Source of the DNA: the human T2T-CHM13v2.0 reference genome, Homo sapiens
NCBI RefSeq assembly: GCF_009914755.1
Contig: NC_060934.1
Reading direction: 5' to 3' (one strand)
DNA length: 64,000 nt
Position numbers and translations under genes: made by a program
The notes under the pieces: model-generated
What the model was told of the DNA's origin: nothing
What the model saw: only the letters and a program-made list of their open reading frames with translations
Database searches by the model: none
Shown here: piece after piece, positions 18,011 through 32,204 of the stretch
How positions within the stretch are numbered: position 1 is the stretch's first letter
Layout of the letters: every line of letters begins with the position of its first letter

Positions 18011-18407
18011 CTAAATACTCCTTTAAAAAGTGAACTGCATGTTGCTGCACAGTCTACCATAGCACAAATGTCAATTGCTTCTTGGCTTTCCTGGGGTGAT
18101 GGGAGGTCTGAACCTAACACAGTCTCACCTGATCCTTCACAGGAGTCATGTAGCCTTTCTCTCTCCAGTCCACAGATGTGGGGATCTCAGGAAGCAGGCG
18201 TTCCTGGAACTGTTTCCCCTTCCTGTGCTTCTGGTATTGAAAACCATTCATCACCTGCCTGAATTCTTCATTGGTCTTCAAAGAAAAGTAAATAAAATGT
18301 TAAGAAGCAAGAGATTAATTTGGTAAAGAACTGAGGAGGGGAAGCACAGAGCTGGGCAGCCCACAGCATACTTACCATGTCTCCAAAGGCGTTCATGGCC
18401 ATTGTGA

Positions 18408-18828
<421 letters not shown>

Positions 18829-19799
18829 GATGCTATTTATTTCTAATTAAAACCCAACATATGCTAACCAAGTGAATCTTCAGACAGGGATGTAAGAGTA
18901 ACCATGGCCAGGGAAGGCTTGACACTTCTAGGAGATGTTCTCCAAGCTGAGACACAACAAGGGTGTATGCCCATATCGTGCTCATAATCAGTGCTATTAA
19001 GTTATTGCGTTAGGTTATTGGTAGGAGCCAGCCTCTAGAAGCCACTTTCTGGCCATACGATCCCAATAGCAATGCCCATCTCTCTGGGGTTCCCCTGGAC
19101 AGTTTCAGATGCCACCAACCATGCCATATAATCTCTTGTGCTTTGCCTTCCACTTGGTCCATTGTGCGTCTAAACTGTGGTCACGTGTTAGAGCAGCTGA
19201 GGCAATTCCCAGGCAAAAGGCAGCCAGGAGGAGTGAAGGATTCATGTTTCAAAAATCTAGGAAGGGAAAAGAAATGAGGATCTGATTAGACCGATCCTAA
19301 AAAGCCATTTTACTACGCCCTGAGAAACTAGAGCCACCATGGTAGAATAAAAATATTTAAATTATTCTTCCAAGCATTTACCTAAGGACTGTGGAAGAGG
19401 CCAAGGATGTGGCTGGAGAAAAACAGGGCAAGTGGAGGTATTGGAGGGACCCACCAAAATGAAAAGCAGCCTGTCCAGAGCTGTAGGAGTTGAAACAGTT
19501 TTATGGGATGATGATGACAGGCTATGAAAAGGGCAGGAAGGTACCTGATGGGCGAGAAGCTTAAGGCAACAACCAGGAAACTAGGAAACCGTTGGCCCAG
19601 GTTTTGTACCAATTGTGCTGAGGTCATCCAGGCAAAACCTCAAGAATGAAGACATCTAATTTCAAGAAGGGACAAAGGGATCCCCAATAATTGGGAAGTC
19701 ACCTCACACATTGTTCTTGGCTAATACACAGCAGAAGGTGAAGTATGTTTTCCAAATGCCCCTTGTAATGAAACAGTTATTGAATGTCTTCCCAGGACA

Positions 19800-20480
19800 A
19801 ACTGGGAAGGAGAGCACCTATCTACCGCCGTTCCCGCGGTCCTGCAGTCCTGCAGGTGGGCCAGTCCTGCCAACTCTCCAACTCCCCTCACAGAGCATAA
19901 ACTGAATCAGGTGGCCGAACCACCGGAAGCCAGAGTCCCCAGTGTCCGCGCCCACACAGGGGTAGGCAGCTTCCCAGGCTTTGGGCTGGGGACCCAGGCC
20001 AGGTCCCCTGGCTCTTGCTCCCGCCCTCCGCTCATGCTCACTGTGGCCCCAGGACGTGGGCGATGTTGCAGGGAGCAAGGGGCGCCTCTGCCTGACTTGC
20101 CGGGGTCGAGCCTCCCTGTCCCACCCCACCAGCCCTGGGAATACTGCGGCCTGGCACTCCCGAAAATCCCTCACTCACAGAGCTGAAGGACTTGCTGGGT
20201 CCCTGGTGGCCCCTGTCCAATCTTAGCCCACTGGGGTCTCAGCTGCTGTAGCCACAGGTGGACAGGCACAGTGGGCAGGTGCTGGGTCCAGGAGTCTCCT
20301 GTCGCCTAAGGCCGCCCGAAAGCAGCTAACTGACCTCTAAAGCCCCTAGACCCCCCTGCCCCCTTGCCGCCCAGGCAGGCCCGCCCCCACCGCTTGCCCG
20401 CTCTGCGATTGGCTGCGCCAGCCGCTGGGCGGGGCCTTCCGGCTTGCTGACTCCTGGCATGTGGAGCAGCTCAGTCCCCT
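19800..20480 (-). promoter_or_regulatory. GC-rich TATA-less promoter and exon-1 region of the CTSL-like gene
   Basis: CCAAT on the minus strand (attgg 20408-20412), GC boxes (~20381, 20427-20434) and elevated CpG. This is consistent with the NF-Y/Sp1 architecture known for the CTSL promoter. Confidence 0.6.
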
Positions 20481-20814
20481 TGCCTCAGTGGAACCGGGGG
20501 AGGGGAGCTGGGGGCTACGAAGAGAAGGGTCGGAGGTCTCCCTGGAGGGTTCGGATCAACTAAGTACCCTATTTAATGCCCTGGGCGGGTGGTTTATGAA
20601 AAGAAATTTACGGGAGCCCTGTGTGCATTTTCAGCCTAACCCTGCTTTTCCCTTAGGCCTAGAATTTTTGATTAAAATCTCCTGCAGGGCAGAGAGCCAG
20701 AGGACTCTAATCCAGTGGTTCCTGTTTAGTCCACAGCAAAGGTGCGGCCGGTTGGAAGAACGCACAGCCTGCAAGCAGAAGCCTTATCTCCCAATTAAGG
20801 GTGTAGAAGAATCT

Positions 20815-21115
20815 GGGCGTGTTGCTGGTGGCTCATGCCTGTAATCCCGGCACTTTGGGAGGCTGAGGCAGGCAGATCACTTGAGCCCAGTAATTCGAGA
20901 ACAGCGTGGGCACCCTGGCGAAACCCCTTCTCTACTAAAAATACAAAAATTAGCCGAGTGTGGTGGCCCGCGCCTGTGGTCCCAGCTAGTCGGGAGGCTG
21001 AGGCACCAGCATCGCCCAGCCCGGAAGGTTGAGGCTATAGTGAGCCGAGATCGCACCACTGCACTCCAGCCTGGGCGAGAGGAGAACCTGTCTCAAATAC
21101 AAAAAAACAGCAGAC
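20815..21115 (+). mobile_element. Alu (AluJ/S), diverged
   Basis: ggtggctcatgcctgtaatcccggcactttgggaggctgaggcaggcagatcacttgagccc...cactgcactccagcctggg. Confidence 0.9.
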
Positions 21116-21739
21116 AAAAAAACAACTGGTAGGAAAACGCACCCTCAAAACACATGATGAGATGGTCGAGACCAGACCCTAGGAGGGTGGGGACTGGCTG
21201 GGTGGGTATCCAGAGACCATGGGCGTTTCATAATGCATTGTTTCCAGTCTCCTCCACTCAGCGACTCTTCTTCCCCTGAAGTCTTGCATTAAGTAAGTGA
21301 ATGAATCAATCATCAAGTTAATGAAGCTCTGACTTTGTACTTGTTGTCCTTTGCTTGGTACAGTTGGGCACTGCCTTAGAAACAATCTCCAGGTAATTTT
21401 CCCAACTGCTTTTGTGAGGCCCAGTTTTCCATTTTAAAATCTAAGATTACCTCAGTAATCTTGCTTTTACAGCAAATGGGCATGGAGCCTGACAGATATA
21501 TTTAAACTAAGTTATGGACAAGCTGCCTGGTGCATTAGGTAGCATAGGAGCTAACCTTGTGGGACATCTCCCCATATTCGTAATATTCACCCGTACATCT
21601 GTAATCAATAAATGCTTGTTTGGAGGCCATAGAAACTCTTCCTGAGATCTGACCTGTGTCTTCTGCTATCTGCCTGATTTCTCGCCACAGAACAGGAAAA
21701 CACTGTGTAGGAGATATTGTGAATAGAAATATGAATATA

Positions 21740-21860
21740 GGCCGGGCGTGGTGGCTCACACCTGTAATCCCAGCACTTTGGGAGGCCAAGGCGGGTGGAT
21801 GACCTGAGGTCAGGAGTTTGAGACCAGCCTGGCCAACATGGCGAAACCCCTTCTCTAATA
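21740..21860 (+). mobile_element. AluS left arm only
   Basis: ggccgggcgtggtggctcacacctgtaatccc...aaaccccttctctaata, then AT-rich non-Alu sequence. Confidence 0.9.
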
Positions 21861-23709
21861 TAATGTTTTTCTTTGTACAAATATGTTTCTTTCCATGGAT
21901 TAAGCTAAGAAGTATTGTCCCTCTGAAATCAATATAAGAAATATTATCAGTGACATTTCTGTCTTTCTTTTGTGCACAAAGAAAAAAAGAGTTTTATTAA
22001 CTTAAGGACAACTAAACTCTCTTACCTAACTCCTCAAATGTCACCATTAAAAAGGAATTTGAGATACAAACTAGATATAGTTGCATCTGACTTGTAGGTC
22101 ATAGGAAATGAAAGGTCAATGGAAGCATAATCTTTGAGGGAGAAGAATGCAAGGGAGAAAATGGAAAAGGTATTCATTTAATATTTATTTGCTGATTTTT
22201 GTATGATATGGTTCCAGAAATGACAAATAACGTGGGGAATTGAAAGACACAAAACTTTAAAATATATATTATGGATATATCAAAGCATGATAGAGAGGGG
22301 GAATCTCTAAGTTTATCTAGGACATTTATCCATAATTCTACCAAAGAAGCGTATCTTAATTCATCGACTTTCACCTTGTCCCTCCTAAACTCCTATTACT
22401 TCTCTATTATTTAAATAAGACTTTGTATAATTAACTTCCTCAAACTATAAAAATATTTATTAGATAAACATATGTATTAGTTAGACAAGTAAAACAAGAT
22501 AAACTTAGGTTCTGACATTCTGATTGAAATGCAACACCTAAATGCAGTACATGATACAAAACAGGCACCCAATAAGAGAAGTCATGGTCAATCATCACTA
22601 TCATCATCATCACCACGATCATTATTTGCTAGATATTAATTTAGTTGCAAAGACTAATATGACATGGTCTCTCTCCTCAAATGGAGAGAATAAAGTAGCC
22701 AGTGTTTGCCATGTTGAAGGCAATGAGAAACATATTGCCATAGAAATGTGAAAAGCTAAACGATGTCATCTCATTCAGATTTTTCTCAAATTCATTTCTA
22801 TCAGTCTTCTTGATAGAAATCTGAATGAGATGACATCTGGAAAAGCTGAAGCTGAAAAAAAAAAACAAAGTATGCCAGGAAAGGCACATGAATAAGGAAA
22901 GGAATTATAGAGGAAGGAAAAGGATTTTCAAAACTATAAGGGTATTTAAAACTGCAGTCTGTACAGGAGACTCAAGACAGCTCAGGACTGTGCTAATGCA
23001 GATCACTTTACAAGTGGCATGACATGTGTTTGCAGAACTAACAAGGACAAGGTCAAGGAAGGTGGGATACGCCATGTAAGGCACTTGGGTTTCGTGTATA
23101 TGTGATGGTAAAGCACAGAGGGATTTGAAGGAATATTTTACCCCATTCAAAACCTAAAACTGAAGCAAAAGGAGAATTTGATGTAAGAGTCAGATTCCAA
23201 TTATTTGGGATATGCAGGTGTCCTTCACTTCTTCATGCATATTTTCCAGTTTTTCAAAATGGTCCTTTAGTCTCCCTCATTTCTTAATTATTTTGTAATG
23301 CTGCTTAGTTTCTCTGAAATCCTGAGAATATGAACTACACAGAATATGATCCTAGCCTTGAACTATGTTCCTAAATATGTTTTGATTTGTTTCAATGTTA
23401 GCAAGTTTACTTTCTCAAATAGATTGTAATCTCTCTGAGGGTGACATCATTTTGCAGGTAAATCAATGGACAACAGAGCTCACTGGGGCCTCAGAACTCT
23501 TGTAGTCCTGTTCATTTACTTCATAGAAAACCAGGGAAAAGAGGCTTAAATGACTATCTAAGAGTGCAAAAGCAGCTTATTGCAAAGCAAGAAGACTTCT
23601 TGTCAAATCCTCTGGACTGTGTAATTTGCATTCTCTCTATGCCCTCATGCTGTTATGCCCTTCAGACTTGCATATAATCACATTCATATTTAACTCTTTG
23701 GTTAAGTTC

Positions 23710-24535
23710 TTTTTATTAATAGACATTTTAATAGAAAAAATTTAGATTTACAGAAAAATAGGGGAGATTGTACAGAAAATCCCCATATGACCCCGGCATA
23801 CAGGTTCACCTATTAGTAGCATTTTTCCATTAGCATGGCATATTTGTTAAAATTAGATAATAAATACTGATGCATTATTATGAACTGAAATCCATAGTTT
23901 ATTCATATTTCCTTAGTTTTTATGTAATGTCTTCCACCTATACCATGGTGGCATCCAGGACACTATGTTACATTTAGTTGTCATAACTCTTTGGGCTTCT
24001 CATGGCTATGACAATTTCTTAGACTTTGTTTTTGATGACCTTGATAGTATTGAGGCATGCTAGTCAGATATTATAGAATACATACCCTGTGTTGGGATTT
24101 GTTGGTGTTTTTCCTATTGATAAGACTAGTGTTTGGGGGAGGTATATTACAGAGGGAATTTGCTATTTTCCTTACATTTTATCAATGGTACATACTACCA
24201 ATATAATTTATGACTTTTTAATTTTTTTTTAATTTATGACTATTAATGTTGACCTTGATCTCCTGGATGAAATAGCGCTTGTCAGATTACTCCACTGTGA
24301 TGTCACTGTTCTTCCCGCTTCCCATACTATACTCTTTGGGAAGAAGTTTCTTACACCAATGCACACTTAAGAAGTGGGAGGAGTTATGCTTTCCCTCCTT
24401 TAGTGTGGACTAAGTAATTTAATTGGAATTCTTCTAAATGGGAGGTTTTTCCTCTACTCCCTCATTAATTAATTTATCTAAACACGTATTTATATTAGCA
24501 TGGACTCACATATTCTGTTTTATACTTTGGTTTAA
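23710..24535 (-). mobile_element. L1MC-type 3' region
   Basis: ttagatttacagaaaaatag...tacatttagttgtcat...tttgtttttgatgaccttga...agcatggactcacatatt. Confidence 0.7.
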
Positions 24536-24595
24536 TCATTCCTGACGACTAATAGGTTCAGTTTTAATTTCATCATTAAAATTAATGGAGGAGTT

Positions 24596-24882
24596 GGCTG
24601 GGCGCGGTGGCTCATGCCTGTAATCCCGGCGCTTTGAGAAACCAAGGCAGGAAGATCACGAGGTCAGGAGATCGAGACCATCCTGGCCAACGTGGTGAAA
24701 CCTCGTCTCTACTAAAAATACCAAAAAAAAAATTAGCCAGGCGTGGTGGCGGGCACCTGTAGTCCCAGCTACTCAGAAGGCTGAGGCAGGAGAATCGCTT
24801 GAACCAGGGAGGCGGAGGTCGTAGTGAGCCGAGATTGCGCCGCTCGCTGCACTCCATCCTGGGCGACAAAGCGAGACTCCGT

Positions 24883-24910
<28 letters not shown>
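24596..24910 (+). mobile_element. Full-length AluSc/Y-like element with long poly-A
   Basis: Complete dimer. TSD aaaattaatgga(g/a)gagtt on both sides (~24578 and ~24908). Confidence 0.95.
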
Positions 24911-24916
<6 letters not shown>

Positions 24917-25135
24917 GGAAGAGTTTTCTCCAGTCCTCTTTAATATTTAAAATATTTTTTCAATATTCTATATTTATATTCAATATTCTAAAATATTTTT
25001 GAATTCATAATAAATTTTGAGCCAAACAGTTACGTATTTTGCAAAAGCCTGAAAAGATGTCTGCAGATTAGAGAACATGAAGATGTTGTCGTGTATTCTG
25101 TTTAAGTAACAACCCTACTAAGTCTATAATGTTAA

Positions 25136-25498
<363 letters not shown>

Positions 25499-27801
25499 AA
25501 TCTTTTTTTATAATCCTAAAGTTAACTAATTTATATCAATTTAACACATATTATTGATCCAGCAAATAATCATTACTCACTGTAGTCCCTGTCTTTGAAG
25601 AGCTCCTAAGTACATAGAGACCTAAAACAAATACAATTTTTACAGTGTGGTAAGCACTGCAATAGAAAAATACTCAAAATCTGTGTTAAAAATATTTAAC
25701 TCCTTTAATCTGGGTACACTATATATTAAAAAGATGAAAGTTTACATATGTTCAAAAATGATTTTAATCAAAGCAAACGAGATTTGTTATTATTGCTTTT
25801 ATATTTTGTTTCCTCTCACTAGGACACAGCATATTTCAGATATTTTATCATTGGTTGTTCAAAAATCAATGAATGGATGGATTAATGGATGTCAGTTCAT
25901 ACCACGTATTTCAGCTACAGTTAAAAATCTCAGGTTAGAATCTAAAAGGAAATTATCTGAAGAGCACTCTAAGCATTTATGTAATATTTATCTGATTTTT
26001 TAATCTAACTTACTTGGTCTGATTATTTACTATTTTTAAAAAAATTCTCAATGATCACTTAATTAAAGTATTCTCTATTAATTCTTCTAACTTTCACACA
26101 CAAGAAGATCTAATCTTTGTAGTTCTCATTACAATAAAAAAACTACATGAGGATATAATAGTGTAGCATAATTTTTAACTTTGATTACAACCATGTATGT
26201 AAATAATACAGGATAAATTGTGAGAACAAGGGGATCTAAGGTAATTTATAATTTCATCTTGTGTAAATGATCAGATAATAGCTGAGAGAGGCTCCTACTT
26301 CACAAAATTGATTGTTACAGATAACACAGCAGGATAACTTATTACATGTATGTGATTTTAAATGTTCAAAAAACTTTTCATATTTTAACCAAAGTAGCAC
26401 AAAAAACAAAGAAATTGATCTGCAGTCATATTTAATAAAATTGCATACACAAAACTTTAAATAGTGTATAAAATAATATAAGCCATCATGCCCGATGAAA
26501 TCAGAATTCTATCTTTTTAAACATAAAATGGAGCATGTCTTGTTATTTGTACTTTCTGATGCTCCACTGCAGGCCACATATAGGCTTATATCTTCTATCT
26601 ATTGTGAAATCACCTTAAAAAATATCAAGGTTATATCATCCAAATTACTTTAAGGCATGACATAATGGATTATTTCCCTGTGTGATTATGGGATTAACTT
26701 CAGCTGGATGTTTAAGTCAGATTTTTTGATATTCCAATAATATGTGTGCTACCTGATTTCTATTAACTTGAATCAAATATATTGTATAGTGTTGAAATTA
26801 TTACCTGGAAGATCAAACAATTTCCAATTTTACTATTAAATGAGAAAAGCTTCCTGCTTAAAACAAATATTGATCCAAGACCCCTCTCTCATATGGCTAG
26901 TACAGAGACCCAGTAGGCACTGGAATAAGTGTACAAAACTGAGGGTGGATACACCAGGGATGAAATAGACAGGAGTAGCCAGACCTGCCAGATTCATGGG
27001 GTAAGTTCCAAAATGGAGATCAAATAATACTGTTGTTGCTTTATGAATAGTAATTATTGTCATAACCAACTTAATGCTGTGAGTTAATATGTGCTGATAA
27101 CTTGTTATATACAAGGTACTTATTTTTAGTGAGAAATTTTAAGGTGATGTGATGGATGCCTCATGCTCATTATCTGTATTTTCCCCAAACTATAATGAAT
27201 TTGAATATTTGAATTTTTATGGCTCTTCATAACTAGCTTTGAATCTTTTCAGCTTTCTGAATTTTAAATTGTAAATTTTATTAAAAATTAATAGACAATA
27301 AATTCAACCCATTCTTGATTCAAAAAAACCTATTTGCCAAAATTTTAAACATAGTATAAAAATTCTATAAACATATACATATGCTTCTCAAAACAATAAA
27401 TAAGTAAAATGCTCTTTTATTTTTATCATAACAGGACCTAGGCTTTGGATAAAATGACTGCTGAGATGTAAGTTCCATCAGATTGCGACAGAGATGTGTT
27501 TAAATTAGAAGTCTTTCAATTCAAAATGATGCACATTGATACTATATAGTATATGCAAATTGACATTTTCTTTTTTCTTTGAAATTATGTAATTTTTTCT
27601 TACTGTACCAAATATCACATTATTGAGGTATAATTAATAGGGACTATGAGGAAGTTGTAGATATTATTCAATTTTTAAAATAAAAATGGCAAAATAAATG
27701 ATAGAGTATTTCTAATCTGGCCTGATTCAAAATATTTTTTTTTCAGTTCTGCCAGAGGAAAAACTATGTTTCTGGTCTTGAAGCTCCCATATATACACAT
27801 A

Positions 27802-27805
<4 letters not shown>

Positions 27806-27863
<58 letters not shown>

Positions 27864-27877
27864 CACACACACACACA
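27806..27877. repeat. Compound (TA)n(CA)n microsatellite
   Basis: Visible directly in the sequence. Confidence 0.97.
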
Positions 27878-29299
27878 GAGACATCATTTTTTTTCTTCTT
27901 ATGAATTTCAATTTAACTTGAATTTTAACGTATTATCTCTGTATGCAACTACAACAACAACAAACAACTAAAGAGGAAGAGTGATTCTTACAAAGCAATT
28001 CTTACCAAATTAATCAGTTCTTATTAAGTAAAGTCCTATATATTAATGCACTGAGCAAATAAGCTCAAGTATATTCCTGAAATACAGCCCCTAAAATAGC
28101 CCTCAAAGTAAGGTCAAGATCTGGACCAAGGCACTTTCAAGAGGATTCTCTTGTAATTTATAATTGATGCTTAGTAAGATATAGAAAATTTAAGTTTAAT
28201 AAAAAGAATAAATTGTTCATTGAGTGGTTGAAGAATTCTCAAAGAAAGGAAGCTCAGAATAAACCCTTCCTTACCATATAGAACAGAAGTACTTATCACA
28301 TTTATGACAGTAATTCCTTGGAGAAAATTCTTTAGAATCTGATGTTTTAAGGTGATTTATTACGTATGGAAATATTGTTAAAACGAATACATAAATGGAA
28401 TGAATAAGATAACAAAACTTGAAGATTGGTTATAGCATTTTAAAATATGATTGCCATTTTATTTAACATTTCAAGATTTTTAAAGAAAATATTTTTAAAG
28501 TACTTATTATAGACAGTGTGATATTTCAGTGAAAGCTGAATGAGTTTGTTTTTAGGCAATGTTGAGAAAATACTACTCTGCAAAAGGCTTGATAAGCTAT
28601 CACTGTATTGGAAATGTTTATCCAATTTCTACTTACATAAATCACAGCAAGTTGCAATGTTTGTTTAGTAATATGAAAAATAAAACTACAATAGTAGATT
28701 AATGTATAAGAAAAATTATATGAGCTCTACCTTTGAAAAAATATTTCAACTAGCCTATCAATTTATATTTTAACTTAATTTCATTAATAATGAACATTAT
28801 GCAGAGTAATTGAAATTATTTTAAATTTATCATATAATTCCCCCAAATCTTTAATACATTATCTTAAAACTTACACAAATTGCTTTACCTGTTCTATGGG
28901 GAAAATGCAGCATTATATTCAATTGTTGAGGAAAGAATAGATTCTACTGGTGAAAATTTTTTCTTATATCATTCAAAGTGATTTATATTCTGTGCAATCA
29001 ACAATACAAAATGCATATATTGGAAACTCAATCTTCAGTGCTCTCATTTACTCTTGATTCAACAAGATATGTATGTCCCTAAAGTCAATAGCAAAAAATT
29101 ATTTTGGGAGAGTTATTTGTAATATATTTGATTGATAAGCACAAAAAGAACAGAAAGGAAAAGATCAACAGATCAATGATAGAATAGATCACTGAGTGTT
29201 CATTCTTGATTTTGCTTTCATATTTTTGTAATTGTTACAAAGCCTATCACTATTAGGGAGGTTTCTAAATCCCCAAGATCAAACATACCCATTGATGAG

Positions 29300-29900
29300 C
29301 TTAATTATAGCCTCCCCAAAGATAGCCAAACCTTTAATTTCCACAACCTATGAATAAGTAACTTTACATGGCAATAGGAATTTTTCAAATATAGTTCAGG
29401 CTACAAACTTCAAGATAGGGAGACTATTCTGTATTATCCTGGCTTCCTCAATCTAATCACGTGAGGCCTTAGATGCAGAGAAATTTCTCTGACTGGAAGC
29501 AAGAGAGAAGCGGCAGAAGGGAAAGTCAGATTCCAAATGTCAAGAGGATTTACCATGCTGGCTCTGAGATGTAGGAGGACATGTGCCAGACCAGAGAGGA
29601 GTCTTTAAGGAGGAAGGGCAATCCCAATGACAGCCAGGAAGGAAATAGCAGTCTCAGCTCTGCAACAGAAATCTGAATTCTGCCAGCAATCCGAATGAGA
29701 TTGAAAGCAGTTACTTCCCAGAGCCTTCTTGTAAGTGCCCTGCTGACCAACAGCTAAATTTAATCCTTTGAAACCCAAAGAAGAGAAATTCGCAAATCCA
29801 ACTCCAACATCTGACCTAAAGAGCTGTGATATAATAAGGTGTTGCTTTAAGCCGCTAGGCTTTTTGTAACATATTTTAGCAGCAATATAAATCTAATACA
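29300..29900 (+). mobile_element. MLT1 (MaLR) LTR
   Basis: tagggagactattctgtattatcc...acagccaggaaggaaa...ctgaattctgccagcaa...ttgctttaagccgctagg...ctaataca. Confidence 0.8.
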
Positions 29901-29904
29901 AGCA

Positions 29905-30155
29905 TGAATAAGTTCCGGAGTTGTACAGAGTGGTGGTTATAGTTAAAAAAATGTATACTTGAAAATTGCTGAGAGTAGTGTTAAATAATCTCACCACGAA
30001 AAAAAGTATGTGAAGTGATGAATATGTTAATTAGCTTGATTGTGGTAATAATTTCACAATGCATGCATGTATCAAAACATAACATTGTATGCTGCAAATA
30101 TATACAATATTTACTTGTCACCCATACATTAATAAAACTGAAAAAAAGAAAAAAA
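29905..30155 (+). mobile_element. L1MA 3' end
   Basis: tatacttgaaaattgctgagag...gtgaagtgatgaatatgttaattagcttgattgtggtaataatttcacaatg. Confidence 0.8.
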
Positions 30156-30255
30156 TACTGAATCTAACACAAGCAGCATCTATCTTTATTAACTTATATT
30201 TATTAACTTATTATTGTTACTCTTCCTAAAAGTTTCATTCAAATAATTTATATAG

Positions 30256-30295
<40 letters not shown>

Positions 30296-30699
30296 GTATA
30301 CTTTAGGCTATTTTATTTGTATAACAAGAGCTAGGAAAAAGAACATTAAGTCATTGAGCAAACAAAATAAATTTTCAAATTCAAAATTTCTAAATAAAAT
30401 CTTCTTACTGAACAATGTCTTGTCAGCTTATTCAGTACTATGCTGGCAAATATTTGATTACGTGTATGATAATTTGTATAATTTTTAGTTATGTCTAATT
30501 TTTTAAAAATTGATATCTAAATATCCATGTCATCTTAATATAAAACTTAAAAAAAAGACTCTTGATTATATGGCATTGCTTCATTAATTTCTTTATTTCC
30601 CTGGAGAAAAACAGGTAGTACACTTATTCTAAGTCTCTCTTTTCCATTTCTTCCAAGTTCATTGAAAGCTTTTTCACATAAAATTTTCTCTATCATCAG

Positions 30700-30950
30700 T
30701 AATGGTACTAAGAGTAGCTAATTGATTATTTAAGCTTACCATGCATTAAGCAATGTATTAAGTGCTTTACATTTAAGACTCTTAATAATGCCATGAAAGA
30801 AATACTATATTTTCTCTATATTTTCGATAAAAATCATGAGACCCAGTGATAAGTTGCCCACGTTAACCTATCTGATAAGTGGAACTGCCTGATTCTCTGA
30901 ACCACAAGTTATTTAAGTCTGTGCTTTTAAGCACTATTCTGTCCTGCTTT
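30700..30950 (-). mobile_element. MIR
   Basis: ttaagcttaccatgcattaagcaatgtattaagtgctttacat...gataagttgcccacgttaac. Confidence 0.6.
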
Positions 30951-31154
30951 CCAACTAGCTAATGTGGGCTTGGGCCCTGGTGATTTTTCTATCTACTAAA
31001 TAATAAAAAAGTAAATTCAAATATTTTACTCCAACACTAACTAGAAAGCAATATATGCTAAATAGTTCTGGTTTAGATTTGTTATTTCATTTTTAAAATT
31101 ACATATTTCCAAGTGTTTCTGGTTTTGTATACATTCTTTATGAAATGTTTACTC

Positions 31155-32197
31155 TTTTATTCAAAACCATCTTTATTCAGCATCTCCTGTGTTGTAGATA
31201 TTGGTCTAAGTCTGAACAGAAACAGCATATGCAAAAAAAAAAAATAGCCCGCATAGAATAGGTATTCAATTCTAGGTCTAGTGTGAAGTGATAAGCAAAG
31301 AAATTAGCAAAATATATAGTAGATCATATGATAATCGAACAGATAAGGAAAAGCAGAGCAGATAAATAAAGTGTGATGAATAAGGGTGTTACTTAAAATG
31401 GTGAAGTGAGATAAGACTTCACTAGTGAGGTGACATTTGAGCAGAGACTTGAAGAACGTCAGGGATTGAGCCACATGGGTTTCTAGAATAAGACCTTTCC
31501 AGGAAAGGGGAAGAATAAATGCAAAATTCATGAAGCAGGAGTGTACATAGCATGTTTGCAAAAACATCATAAAGACAGCATAGTTGGATCAGAGTGAATT
31601 AGGGATAGATACATATACTATTAGGTCATAAAGCTTGTGGGGACCAAATCTGTTGATCTGAGTGAGATAGAGTGATGCGATATGGCTGGTGTTGACATAA
31701 TTACTAGAATACTATGTTCTAAACAAACTCTATGATGTTAAAGGTAGAAGGATTTCTATTTAAAAAGCTTATCAAAAAACAAGGTTACTACAAGTCACAG
31801 CTTGAGCTAGGGTGGTAAAGGTGAAAGTTATGAGATGTGGTATGATAATGCAATTAATGAGAGATTCATTGAAAAAAGAGAGTCAAAGAGGATATCAACG
31901 TGGATTAGATATAGCAAAAGAGAGAATAAGAGATATCAAGGATGACTCAAGGGGTTTTAGTTTTAGCAATTTGAAGAATGGGTATTACACTTGAGTCAAG
32001 TGGGAAAGATGACAGAAGGAGCTGTTTTGAAAAAGAATATGAGGAGTTTGATTTTGAACATTATAATTGAGACTTGTACTGGACATCCATATAGAAAGGT
32101 GGGGTAGATAATTGGATATATTAGTATGGAATTCAAGGGAGATGTTCAGACTGGTAGGTTTATATTATAAATGAGATTTCAGATCATAGGACTAGAT
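31155..32197 (-). mobile_element. L2 element, left part (split by the PGGT1B retrocopy)
   Basis: gaggtgacatttgagcagagacttgaa, caaggatgactcaagggg, gagatgttcagactgg; ends ...cataggactagat. Confidence 0.8.
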
Positions 32198-32204
32198 TTT
32201 TTTT

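Noticed and set aside
27425-27472. Possible 33-nt + strand micro-exon (aacag|...|gtaagt)
   Set aside because: It has stops in all three frames and no partner exons; likely chance.
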